From Lama guanicoe (Eukaryota): a stretch of DNA of 64,000 bases. The translations under genes were made by a program, and so were the position numbers. Below the pieces are notes generated by a model. It saw only the letters and a list, made by a program, of their open reading frames with translations. It had not been told where the DNA came from and made no database searches. Location of the stretch: positions 1,021,717 through 1,085,716 of the forward strand of contig MU056898.1 of NCBI GenBank assembly GCA_013239625.1. The letters are read 5' to 3'. Shown here one piece after another: positions 36,162 to 47,945 of the stretch. Position 1 is the first letter of the stretch, and the number at the start of each line of letters is the position of its first letter.

Positions 36162-37649
36162 GTAAGTCAGCAGGCGCTGACCCAGTGCCCTGCGGGGTCC
36201 CGGCGGGAGCGCGGGCCCCGTACTCTGTCTCCTTCGCTGGGTTCTCAGGGCCCTTGCTGAGGTCTGCACCAGCCTCTGTCCAAGGTTGCCACCATAGCGC
36301 CCGGCTGACTTACCTGGGGAGGACCCCATCCCACGCACGCTGCCGAGTCCCGGGTCAGCCACAGCAGCCAAGGGGCATCCCATCCCAGCCTTCTGTGAAG
36401 TGAGTGAAGGGAGAAGCAGAGCACCGTGCACTGCACAGCAGCTGAGCAGAGAAGCAGCGCCTGCTCATTCTGGGAAGGTACGGTGCCGGCCACCTGGGCG
36501 CCGCACGCAGGGCCGCCACCAGCCTGGGGCAGGGAAGAGTGCTCCTGTACGGGGGTTGAGGCTTTGACCCCACATCACCGAGGAGCCCTGGTTCTGCACC
36601 TGCCGTAAGTTTGGCTGGGATCTTCCCCTCTTGGACGTCTGTGCCCTCCGCCTGCAGACGGGAAGCCTGGGCCTCATCCCAGTGTTGGGCCCGGGGCGTT
36701 GAGAGGCACGGACCTCCCCGAGCCTCCAGGTTGCAGAGAAGGAGGGTGCCTTCTGCCTCCGGTAGTTGCTGGGTTTATGCGCATCTGCGCTTCCCATGTC
36801 AAAGTGGGGCTGGTGTCTTACAGGGCTGCTCTGAGGGGGCAGGGTGGCGGTGAGGCACCTGGGAGCCACAGGTGACGTGCAGCTGTGAGACAGCAAGGCC
36901 CCCGGGCTTGCAGGGCCAGAGTCCGGGCAGAGCTTTGGTCAGCACCCTGAGGTGTCCTTTGGGGGTGAGTGTTGGTGTGCCTCTCTGTTGGAGGGCTGTC
37001 GTGAACCGTCAGGCGTCTCTGTGTTTTTCCCTCGTGGGCATCTCAGGCAGCCGCAGGGCCTGTGGGTCACTCGTGCGAACATGTCTGTCAGTGGACAGGA
37101 GATTCGTTGCAGCCCCGGAACCTTGCCATTCTTGCACGGCTGTCCTGGCTTCAGTTTCAGTTCGTGGAGGCTGAGTTGTTCCTCTGGAGACGTGCTGAGG
37201 ACACGCGAGTACTCAGGTTTAGCTATGTCCTCTGTCACCGTTCTCCCGTGACGCTGCCATGCAGCCACCTGCCTGCGGGGCCTGGGAGCATCCTGACAGC
37301 TTCGGGACCCAGCGACCTAGTACCCAGCCAGTGCGCAGCTCCTGCCCTGCCGCGAGTGGAGCCGGGGATGCTGCGTGCCGGGGCGGACCAGAGGCCGCAC
37401 CTCTTCCTGGTTGGGACTGCGGCTGTGGTGTCGTGTGTTGGACGTCACGGGTAACCTCGGGGAGCAGGGGTGGGAAGCTCGCGCAGGGACTCACGGGGTT
37501 GCGAGCTCTGGGTTTCTTTGCTTTGCTGGGAATGAAGGCCCCACTTTGGAGAGCGGTGGTGGAGTGGAGCGGGGGCTTCTTGGGTCCCGGTTTCTCACCT
37601 GCACAGGTGGCATGGTGGTGGGAGAGCGGTGAAGGTTGACAGGGTCAGT

Positions 37650-37790
37650 GCCTTGCCGGGCTCTGTGCCAAGGCTACAGGAGGTGCCACTGCCCTGTTTC
37701 ACAGCACAGACAGCTGAGCCCCCGTTAGCAGCCAGGAAGCTGTAGAGATAGGGTCTAAATCCTGGTCTGCTGTCTCCAGAGCTCCACAGG
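37650..37790 (-). mobile_element. MIR fragment
   Basis: ccctgtttcacagcacagacagctgag...gggtctaaatcctggtctgctgtctccagagc. Confidence 0.5.
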
Positions 37791-39059
37791 TTTGCTTGAA
37801 GCCAGAGCCCAGGTCCCTGAGACGGGCTCGGTGTGGCTGTGGAGAGCCCCCAGCACGCATCTCCGGAGAGACGGGCATCGTGGGCCCGCGGTCCGGCTCA
37901 GGGCTGCCTGCTGGTGTGACGCCTCAGGCCACCTTCCTTGACGCGGATTTCAGGTAGCTGCCTGCGGAAGTCGGTGGAGGGAAGCTCCTGACGGGCGTGG
38001 AAGAAGAGCGGCCTCCGCGTCCCCGTCTGCTGGGCGCTACGCGGTTGCCGGGCCGGCTCTCCGGGCTGATGAGCGGCTGGACTGTCAGCCTTCGCCGCTC
38101 CCTGTTCCCGCCCAGAGGCGTGCTCTAGCTCTGGGCTGCTCTGGTGACAGTGTTTCGTTTTGAAGACCACATCTTCCCTCCCCTGGGCTCTCAGTGCCTC
38201 AGAAGAGCCTTGGCCTCCGACTGTCAGAGCGTGAGGGGCCTGAAGCACCTGGAGTTGCGGTCCTGCCTTACAACCTTGGCTGGTGGTCCTGGACCCTGCC
38301 GCAGGCCCCCCAGTGCCGTGCTGGGCCCACTGACGGCGGGGCTGTGCTGGGCCGCTCCTGTGGTGCTGCCAGGGCTCCGGGTGGTGCTGGGAGATGAGTG
38401 AAGGGGGCTCAAGGAGGAGCGGGTGAGAGAGTGGTCGCCAGCCTCAGGGCAGGTGGTCCCAGGGCTGCTGTGTTCTCCTGGCACCTGCCAGGTTGAAGGG
38501 TGCGTCTTCACCTCGCAGGGTTCGGTTAAGATCAGTGAGGGGGTCACGATTCTTAATGCAGCTCTCTTCCCACTGCTTGTGCAAACCACTTTGACTCTGC
38601 TTTCAAACCTTTTGGAATATATTCAGGCCTTGTCACCTTTGTCCCTTGTGTCTGCCTGAGTTACAGTGGACTTAGCTGTCCTGAGGCCAGCAAAGCCAGA
38701 GGCGGGCACGGAAGGTTGATGATGACCGGGGACCTGTCCCTGTGCATCTGCGTGGGTTTCATGCCTTGCCTGACGTGGGCGGGTGAGGGCTTGGGAGCTT
38801 TCACTGGTCTGAGCACAGGCTGCTTGTGCTTGAGTCTTGGCCCCGCCACTGAAGAGCTGTGTGTCCTTGTGTCCCCACTTTTACAAGCCCTTCTCTGTGT
38901 GTCCTGTGGTGGCGGTGGCGGTGGTGATGACAGGTAGGGTTGTTGTTGGAAAGCGTTGGACTCACTGGCGCAGCGAGCAGACTGGTAGCGAGTTGTCCTG
39001 ACCGTCATCCTCACTGGTTCCTGGGGCGTGTGCCTTCTGGGGTGACTCAGGGCGGGCCA

Positions 39060-39830
39060 TGGGGAGTGTCCAGTGGGCTCAGGAGGGGACAGTGTGTCTC
39101 GGGGGTGGGCACAGAAGTCCGGAGGGTTCAACGTGCTGGCACACCTGGGAGCCAGGGCTGCAGGCTTTGCTGTGGATCAGATGTGACAGGCAGGACGCAG
39201 AGACCAGGGTGGGGTTCTGGGGAGAGCACGTGAGATGTGGGTCTGCCTCGCCCGTCCACAGAGAGCACAGCAGAGCAGGTGGAGGCAGAGGGCACTGGGA
39301 GTCCAGCTTTGGACGAGATGGTGTCAAGGAGCCTGTCCGACAGCCAGGTAGAGGCTGGGGAGTCTGCGTCGGCTCGGAGATCTGGATTGGAGGTGTGCAG
39401 GACGCCTCCCTGTAGGTGGGTGAGGACACAGCCCTGCCCACGGCCTGCGGCTGTTGGGCAGACGGGGGTGCAGCGGACACGGCTGGAGTCCTCATGACCT
39501 GGACGCGAGTGATTCGGGGGCAGTGGAGATGAGAGTTGGCCTGGGCCCAGTGACACCCTCGCCTGGAACACTCCTCTCTCAGGTAGCCCGGTGCAGCTGG
39601 GCCCTCCCTGCTGGGCCTGGGGCTCAGGCATTTCCAGGTCACTCTGTCTGAAGTGGCGCTGTGTATAGCCGCCTTCACTGGGCTGTGTCCTCCATGGCCA
39701 CAGAAGCTCCCTGGACCCAGAGTGGGGCCCAGCCCGTCCATTCCCTCATCATCATACACTCATTCAACAAGGTGGATGAGGCCCCCGGGGTGGCTGCCCC
39801 ACTGTGCGTGGCACCCCGCCTTGTGGGCAT
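39060..39830 (-). mobile_element. Degraded L2 fragments
   Basis: ggttctggggagagcacgtgagatgtgg..., ggagatctggattggagg, and a cactcattcaacaa L2 tail near 39757. Confidence 0.45.
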
Positions 39831-42800
39831 CCACGGGCTCAGTGATCACCGGTGGCCCTGCCCGGGAGGACCCTAGGGAAGCCTGCACTGTAGTGTTGGC
39901 CTTGGGCCACCGCCAGTCTGCCTCAGCTTCCTGCAGGATGACCCAGGTGCACCCCCTGGGGACACTCCTGGGCGCACTTGACCCTTTGTCGTCCTTGGAA
40001 GGTGTGCATGGAAGCCGTGTGGGGAGTTGCCTGTTCTGTGCTGGGCGGAGGGTCTGAGTGAGCGGCAGCTCCCAGGGTTTTCAGTGCTGGAGACTGAGAC
40101 CTGGCCTGTCCGTCCAGCTCTCGATGCCACACGATGTTACGGGCTTTGGTGGGCGGTGTGTTGCCAGCCCGTGTCTAATGGGCCTTCTCTGCGCCCTCCT
40201 CGTGGCAGGTTCCAGGGACCCAGTGTGGCGCGTAGGCGCTGAGCTGGCTGGCTCTCAACCTGGAGCCTCTCCTTCCCACGGGGCTGAGCTCGCTCAGCGG
40301 GTGCTGGTCGCTCAGCTCACGTGGCCCTGGTGGGAGACCCTGCCCCGGCCCGGGGGAGCGCTGAGACGGCATGGCCCCCCCCAGCCCCTGCAGATGCCCG
40401 GCTGGGCCTGTCAGGGGCTCCGATTTGTAGCTTCGTCCCTGCGTCTTTCTTCCGCTCACTGGCTCAGATCTTGGGGAAGCCCCGCTCTCTGGAGCCCCAT
40501 CCTCTCAGCTGTGAATCGGTCAGGGTGATGTTTATTCGCATGCTGACCGTCTCCCGGGGCCCCTGTGGAGTCTCTGTGAGGGTGCGCGGGGGCTGCCTTC
40601 CTCGGCTGGTTGCTTCGGTGAGGAGACAGAGCACAGGCCTCGGCTGTGGATGGCCGTCTGTCGGGGCTGGGCCGCGCCATCCAGAGGGACCCCTGTGGGC
40701 TGTACCCGTGTGCTGTTGGGTGCAGTGACCACTGGAACGGGGCTGGTGTGAGAGAAGAGGTGTGTCTGTGAATTGAATTTGCAGTTGAACGGCCGCTGTG
40801 GTTGGCGGCTTCCCTCTTGGGCGATTGGGCTCTGCTGGGGGCGGTGGTGAGCAGATCTTGGGGCTCTCCTCTCGTCCGGAAAACGTGGTGTAGTAGACGC
40901 GGACCCTGCACACGGTTGGTGCAGGGGTTAGCGGATAGCTCGTGGGGGTCGTGTTCTGAGGCTCCTGCCTGGGGGCCGGCTCTCAGCCTGGACAGTGACG
41001 GGGGCATGTCTGCTGCACACAGGGGCGCCTTGCTGCCCGAGGCAGATTGATGACCAAGGAGGCAGGATGTGCAGCTCTGCCCCAGCGCTGGCCTCTGGGG
41101 GTCCGGGCTCCCTGCGAGGCCTTCATTTCCATCATCTCCAGAGCGGGGTTGGCACCCCCGCCTCCTCCGGGGGGCGCAGGGTGTGGGCTGCACCTGCCTG
41201 CAGTGCCTGTGTTTGGACGTGAGGTGGTGCCTGCAGCCGTGGAGCCGCTTCCTCCAGCTCTGTCCTCAGAGCCTCCTCAGTGGCCTCCCCAAAGAGAGTA
41301 CCATTACCAAGCCTCTCGATTTTGTGGCTGGTTAGAGTTGGGGGAGGGAGGGGAAGGAGGAGAGTGGAGGGCGGCATGGGGGAGAATCAGGGCTGTGTGG
41401 GGAAGCCCATGGCTGCAGGGGTCCTGCGGTGACCTAGCTCCCCAGGCGTCCACGGTGCTGGGGGGCTTGTTGGCCGCCCTGCTGTGATTTCTGCGGGGCG
41501 GCCTCGCAGCAGACTCTCAGCTCAGCGAGCACGAGGGTTGCCCGTGGGCCTTTCAGCGCAGGCCCTGGTCCAGCAGGTATGGAGTGGGGACCACGTGCTG
41601 TACCCCGTCCCGCAGGCTCCGGGGCTGCTGGTACTGTTGGCCCAGGGACCACACTGTGAGCAGCAAGAGCTCTGTCCTCCTTGGCCTCCTGTCCTGTCAC
41701 ACGGAGAGAGTCCCCTTGGAAGAGGGTCACTAAAGCCCCAGGGCTCCCTGGAGGGAGGGTGGCGGGATTTTCTGTAAGAAGGATGCCGTTACTCTGATGG
41801 GGCCGTCGGCCTCGTGCTTTCGGGGCCCTGACTTCCATGGACACACCTGGTGTGCGGCCGCCCAGAAGGTCGTGCTTGTGGCCTACACAGGCCCTGTGGG
41901 TGAGTCTGCCCGGCCTGGCCTTTAGCCACAGCCCTGCCGCTGACCCTGGAGGTGACCCTGTGCTCCTGCCCCGGGGCGATCCTTCCTCACGGAGCCCTCC
42001 TGACCCTGCTCTCACTCTGCCAGCAGCGGGCAGTGCAGACGCCATGCTGGTCGAGCTTGTGCGGTCCGAGGCTGCCTGGCAGAGACCCTGGACTTGCCAC
42101 GGTGGCTCCCGAGGGGCGAGTGACGGAGCAGAGGTGGCCGGCGGCGGCAGGGCAAGGAGTCGGTCCTCAGCGGCTCGCCCGGGCGGCCTCTGGGCGAAGG
42201 CAGCTCCTCCTCCGGGGAGCGCCCGGCCGGGCACCGCTCTCAGCTGAGCAGGGGCTGGGCTCCTCCGCTGCCTTCAGCCAGCTGGTGTTGTCTCTCCTCA
42301 GCGAGATGAGGTGCCATTAATATTTCACACCCAGACTGTTTTCTTGCATGTTTTGCATTTCCATATTTAAAATGTCATTTACATATTCATAGGCCTTTTA
42401 AATAAGTTTTTATTGTTAAGGAACGTGGAAGTGGATAAAATGTGAAACTGTCCCTTTTATTCAAGCACAGGAAAAAAATGTTCATCCCCAAGATGACATC
42501 AGCTTCTGAGAGGTTGGTTGAGTGGCGTTTGCTGTAGGAAAACTTCTGTGGGAGGCAGTGCATCCTCAGGCTCACCTGCCGTCCTGCAGCGTGCAGGCCC
42601 CGGCTGGCCTGTCCCCGGCCCTGTCACGCTGTGGGTTTCTCCTGGTCTGGCCTGTGCCTTCCACGGAGCTGGGAGGATGCCACCTCTTTCCCTCTGGAGC
42701 AGGATGTAAAGGGACAGGTGCTTGGTCTGGACGTGGAGTGCACCTTCCTCTGAGATGCACCAGGCGGCCTCTGGTGGCCGAGTGCCCTGGCCTCTCCTCC

Positions 42801-44297
42801 CTCCTCCTCCTCGTGTCTGGCACAGAAGTGCCCTGTTACTGGCACCAGCTTCAGTCCTGCATTTGAGGCAGCTTGGCGCAGGGAAGAGTCCAGCCCCCAG
42901 TGGGACGGTGGCTGTGTTCCTGGCTCTTCTGCGTCAGTGCGGGGCCCCTGGTCCCCCACGTGGTCTGTCGGGGAGGGGGAGGCACCTGCCCTCTCCTTGC
43001 AGGATTCTCACCAGGGTCACTCAGGGGACGTGTGGGGTGCTGGCCTGGGCTGGTCTGAGAGCTGGGGTATTGCTGTTTCTTCACGTCTGGGCACTGGGGA
43101 GTCTGGCCGAGCCTCTGTCTCCAGGACGTTGGGTGGTGGGGAGCTGAGTGGAGACACTGAGGACCGACGAGGAGCAGAGGCCCTGGGAGGACGTCTGCAG
43201 GTCGCCTACGAGCTGTGGGCTCTTGGGTGGGTCTGGTCTAAGCCAGGCGTAGCTCCCGGAAGTGGCCGGATGCTTCAGGGCCGTCTGCCAGTGGGAGGAG
43301 AGCCGGTCTGCTCGTCCAGGACTGGGCCCTACGGCCTCTGCTGGCCGCTGGCCCCAGGGTGACAGGCGCTTCCACGTCCTCAGGTTCTCGGCACCTCTGC
43401 CGCTTTCCTGTCTGGAAGACCAGGCGAATGCTGCCTGCTCTGCAGGGCGGCTGGAGAACTGGGGGCGGTGGGTCCCTGCACCACGTGGGTGCCGGTGAGG
43501 GCCGAGACCTAGTGCGGTGCCTCCACCCGGGGCCGCAGACAGGAACGTCAGCAAGCAGACAAAAGCTTCTTCACTGGCCGCCCCGAAAGGTGGCATTGGA
43601 ATCTAGGTTTGCGCAAACGCTGCACAGGAGCAGAAGGGGGCCGTTCCTGAGCGGGGTCTGTCTGTCTTTGGGTGAAGGCAGGGTGAAGGACCCTTTGGTG
43701 AAGGAGCCCTGGCCCTTTCAGGGCCTTGAGGCTTCTGCTTCCTTGGCTGATTGGAAGGCACTCAAGGAGTCCTGGCGGGAGGAAGCAGCGCCGTCCTTGT
43801 AGCCAGAGCCAGGGCGGATGGGCAGGGCCCCTGGATCCTCCGTCCTGTGAGGCTGAGGGTGGGGTCCCCGTACCCAAGGGCGCGGGTGTCCTGTGCCCGC
43901 CTCCTGCTCTGGGCTCCGTCTCTTCTCGGTCTCTGGTGATGCTTCTCTCAGCTTTCCTGGTGTGGACTTGACAGCCTGAGCTAGAGAGCTTCCCGCGCAG
44001 CCACGAGGCCCAGCTGCTGCCGGCTCATCCCTGAGGACAAGCCCGGGGACACACATGGGGATCTCGTCCGCAGGCGGGGGGCGGCGGTTGTCCAAGGTCC
44101 TAGGCAGCCTCAGCACACTTTCCTGCCTTGTTGGCAGACGTTAGCAGGCGGGTCCCTACTCCCTCAGTGGCCCCGGCCCCCCGTAACCCAGCCCAGAGTG
44201 GGTGTAGGGAGGTGGCAGAACGGGGAGGCGCCGTCCCTCTGATGCCCGGGCCTAAGGCCTTGCTCGGTGTCTGAGAGCACAGACCGCGTGCTCAGGT

Positions 44298-44741
44298 TGT
44301 TTCTGAACCAGACTCGGTCCCCTCACCTGCGCAGTGAAGCCAGTCTGTTGACAGCGGGCTGTGGTGAAGGGACGTGCAGCATTTACTGCAGGCGCCCAGC
44401 AAGGAGTCCAGGCAGCTGGTGCTCAGAGCACCCCAACTCCCCGATGGGCTTTGGAAGCCTTTTGAAGGTCAGGTGAGGGAGGGGTGGCAGCACCTGTGAT
44501 CAGCTCGGGCAGGGTTCTCTGACTGGTTGACTGTGAGGTCGCAGGGCGGTGTCGCAGGGTTAACACTACCAGTCTCTCCTGAGGCCCCAGGAGGCCTGGG
44601 GGCTACGTGCAGTTAATTCCGTTTGGCGGGGGGGGGGGTTAGCATCTGTACAACAAGCTGGGCGGTGCGTCAGATGCTGGTATCAGGGTGCTTCAGAGAG
44701 GAGCTGAGGCAGGGCTGTGGGGGGGGGCCCGCCTGGTTACC
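44298..44741 (-). mobile_element. Cetartiodactyl ERV1-type solo LTR with TSD
   Basis: Starts tgtttctgaaccagactcgg and ends gcctggttac(c). Internal gtggtgaagggacgtgcagcatttactgcaggcgcccagcaaggagtccaggcagctggtgctca. Flanked by aggt at 44294-44297 and 44742-44745. Confidence 0.75.
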
Positions 44742-45130
44742 AGGTCAGCTTACCATGGAGCAGGGGCTCCAGGGGGTGCTTGGGCGTGCAGGTTTGGGTC
44801 CTGTTACGAAGCTGCATGACACAGGTAGGGACAGAGTTCAGGCATTTCTTTGCTGAGTACTGGAGACAACACCGGCGTCTTGCTGGGTCCCCGTGCTGAC
44901 CCCACGCCATGTCACGGAGCCCCACTCTGCACCGCTTCTCCTCGGCTTCGTGCCTTGTGCGCGCTGGAGTCCAGTGAGCTGCGGAGTGCCTGTCCCCGGG
45001 CCTGTGCCCTCCTGTGCGGTTCCATGCTCGTCAGTCCGGTGTCCCCGAGGGTCACGAGACCCTCTTCCGGGCCTTCCCGGCCCCAAGGCAAAGAAACGCA
45101 TTCTGCACCCTCTGGGACGATGGGTTTAGC

Positions 45131-45596
45131 TGTGACTGGGCCATGTGGTCCATCCACTTGTGGCAGGCAAAGGAAATACCACATCCCAGATGCGAGCGAG
45201 CCCCTGGGACGGACGCCCAGTGAGGGCCCTTGACCCCTACAGGCAGGAACTCAAGAGTGAGCTGCAGTAAAGTGAAAGCAAGGTTATGAAGAGACACGCG
45301 GTCCTCAGGTTCGTTTATGGGCTGGCTCCTTTCATGGCTAATGAGCGGGAGGAATATTCTAACTATTTTGGGGAATCGGGGAGGATTTCCAGGAATTGGG
45401 CCACCGCCCATCTTCTGGCATTGTACGGTCAGCCTTGGCGCCTGCGGGCGTGTCATTTAGCAGCTTGTGTGTTACAGCGAGGCTCGAGGTCTAGGAGAAG
45501 CCATCTGGGGTCCAGTTGGTTCTCCCCAGTTTTCCCCATGGCTTGTCCCCTCCGCATCCGTTCATTGCTGTGCCCTGCCCCTTCATTCCTGTGCCA
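45131..45596 (-). mobile_element. Second cetartiodactyl ERV LTR (different family)
   Basis: gaactcaagagtgagctgcagtaaagtgaaagcaagg, gctaatgagcgggaggaatattctaactattttgggga, gatttccaggaattgggccaccgccca. Confidence 0.7.
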
Positions 45597-46074
45597 CACA
45601 CTGGGCACTGGACACCTGTTTCCAGCTCCCTGTCTGCTGCTGTGGGCGTCTGCACGAAGTAAGGAGTGCGGCCGCGCCTGGGGGCCTTCCTCCTGCCTGG
45701 GGACCAGTTAGAGAACAAGGAGCGGGGGTTGTGCAGTGCTGAGCTTGTGTGCTTCCCAGCGCCAGAGTCTCCTGGGTTGCCATCAGCTGCGTAAGAATTA
45801 CGTGGGGGAAAACACCCTAAAGACGCAGGTGCTTGGAACTCACCCCAACATGTGGATTTAGGACTCTGCTAAATACATTCATCCTTCCGAGCACGCTTTT
45901 CACTGCTCACACGTGCTGTGAGTGGATGGTTGAGGGTTGAGCACGTGGGCCCCCAGAGGTTGGACGCCTGGCCCCTGGCACGCCGGCGCCCGCCCTCCCT
46001 GCCCCGCACTGCCCGCACCTGCAGTCTCGGGGCCTCCTTACACCACACAACTGCAGGGAACACACGCTTGTGTC

Positions 46075-46390
46075 TGTAGGAGTCGTATTTATTAATATTC
46101 ACTATTTTTGGAAATTGAAAGAAAAAGTAAAAAAATTATTTATAATTGTGTTTATAATTTCATTAAAAACAACTCATTAGCTCCTAATAGAAAATGTACT
46201 TATAAAAATATTTTTAAAGAAAGGACTTGGAGGAGTGTCATTGTTCAGCGTTTTTGCAGGTCTCTTTACTGTCGGTTAAATAGAAGGCAGCTGGAGTCTC
46301 ACATCTGCTCTGCACCCGGTCTGTTGTGGCTGGCGTCCGTGAGGAGGGCGGGCCCCGCACAGATCTGTGGGTGAGGGCAGGCCTGGAGCA
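46075..46390. mobile_element. Charlie1-family (hAT) fragment
   Basis: AT-rich block followed by gagtgtcattgttcagcgtttttgcaggtctctttactgtcggttaaatagaaggcagctggagtctcacatctgct. Confidence 0.75.
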
Positions 46391-47039
46391 GGCCCGCAGG
46401 GGCCCGCAGCACGGGGGGGGGGGTCCGTCCCTCCTTGGGTGGAGGGAGGGCCAGAGGATGGGTGCTCCCTGTCCTCTGACACCATCTGTGGCTGGTCTCA
46501 CCTTTCCATGTGGTGTTGTCTCTTTGAAATCCTGGTTGGAGTTTAGAGGGCATTTTATAACGTTGCTTCACCTGGAATTCAAGGATACCAGTCGTTAAAT
46601 GTCTGGGAAGATGTCCCCAGTTTTGGTGTTTCTGGGAAGGTGGTGTTCGTGTCTTACAGAAAAGGCCAGTTTTGCCCCGTGTGGGGGTGGTTGGAGGGGG
46701 CACCTCTGGTCCGCAGCAGCGGGGCTGGTCTTCCCGCCCGGTGCTCCTGTTTCAGATGATCAGCATGGGAGGCTGCCTGGCGCCAGGTCGCTTCCCACCC
46801 GATTTCTGGTGACATTAGAAACTCGGGCAGCCTTGCTATGCTCCTTGGAGTGCAGCGGGGTCACCGTGTGCCCTGAGAGTGTGAGACCTCTGGGGTCCAA
46901 GAATAGTCCTTAATGGGAGGGGATGTGCCCTCCGCAGAGAGCTCACTTGGGCTCCGTGGTGCTTGTCGCTGCCTAAGTGGGCAGAGTCTTCTTCGAACTG
47001 TGGTGGATGGAGAGGCTGACTTGTGTCCGATATTTCCAT

Positions 47040-47945
47040 CCCTCATCCCAGTAAGAAGCTGGATTCTTTCCTGTGAAGTTTAGGATCAAGGCAAGGGTGT
47101 CCAGCTTAACCTCATACTGCGGGAAGGAGGATGACGTGACCGTCCGTGCAGAAGATCCCAGAGAATCAGCCAGGAAACTCGCAGAGCCAGTACGCAGCAA
47201 TATTGTAGGGCGCACGTCAGGCGTACTGCGTCACCAGCAGCGAACACTCGCAGTCGGAAATTAAAGCACACCACCTACATTAGTACCGAAGCAAACAAAT
47301 GGAGATGCTTAAGTGTAAATCTAGAAAGTTGCGTACGAGATCTGCGTGACAGCTGTGGAGCTGTGATGCAAGCCGTCAGAGATCTGGGTGAGTGCAGAGA
47401 TGTTCCATGTTCATGGATAGGAAGACGCGGTGCTGTCGCCACGCCAGCTCTTCCAGACGTGGTCTATAGGTGCAGTGCGGTCTCGGTCAGAATCCTGGCA
47501 CGGTGTTTTATCTTGTGGATAGCGGCAAGTTGATTCTCCAGTTTGTTTGAGAGCAAGAGGCTCAGAGGAGCCAGCGCAGCGCTGAAGGAGCACAGACGTG
47601 GGGCTGCCGCCTCCGGGCCTGCAGGCGTGCCGTGGCGCCGGGAGTGAGGTTCCTGTTCCCCGTGTTCTTGCCGCTGTTTGCTGCTGCCAGTGTCACTGTT
47701 CTGCCCGTTCTGACGGAGTGGGTGGTATCTCGCTGCTGCTGTAACTGCGTTTCCCTGATGCCACGCGAGGTGAAAGCTGTGCACTTGAGTTAATACTACC
47801 ATGTCTCTGTCAGTTCCCATGTCGTAACAAACATCCGGGCTGCTGATGGGGGGGCCTGGGTGGGAGTCGTACGGGAACTCAGCTTTCTGTAAACCTAAAA
47901 CTGCTCTAACAGTGATGTCTGTTAATTTAAAACAAAACAAACAGA
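47040..47945 (+). mobile_element. L1MC/L1MD-like ORF2 fragments and 3' end, mostly sense, strongly GC-shifted
   Basis: gagatgttccatgttcatggataggaagac, caagttgattctccagtttgtttg, and the 3' end ttctgtaaacctaaaactgctctaa plus an A-rich tail. Confidence 0.8.
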
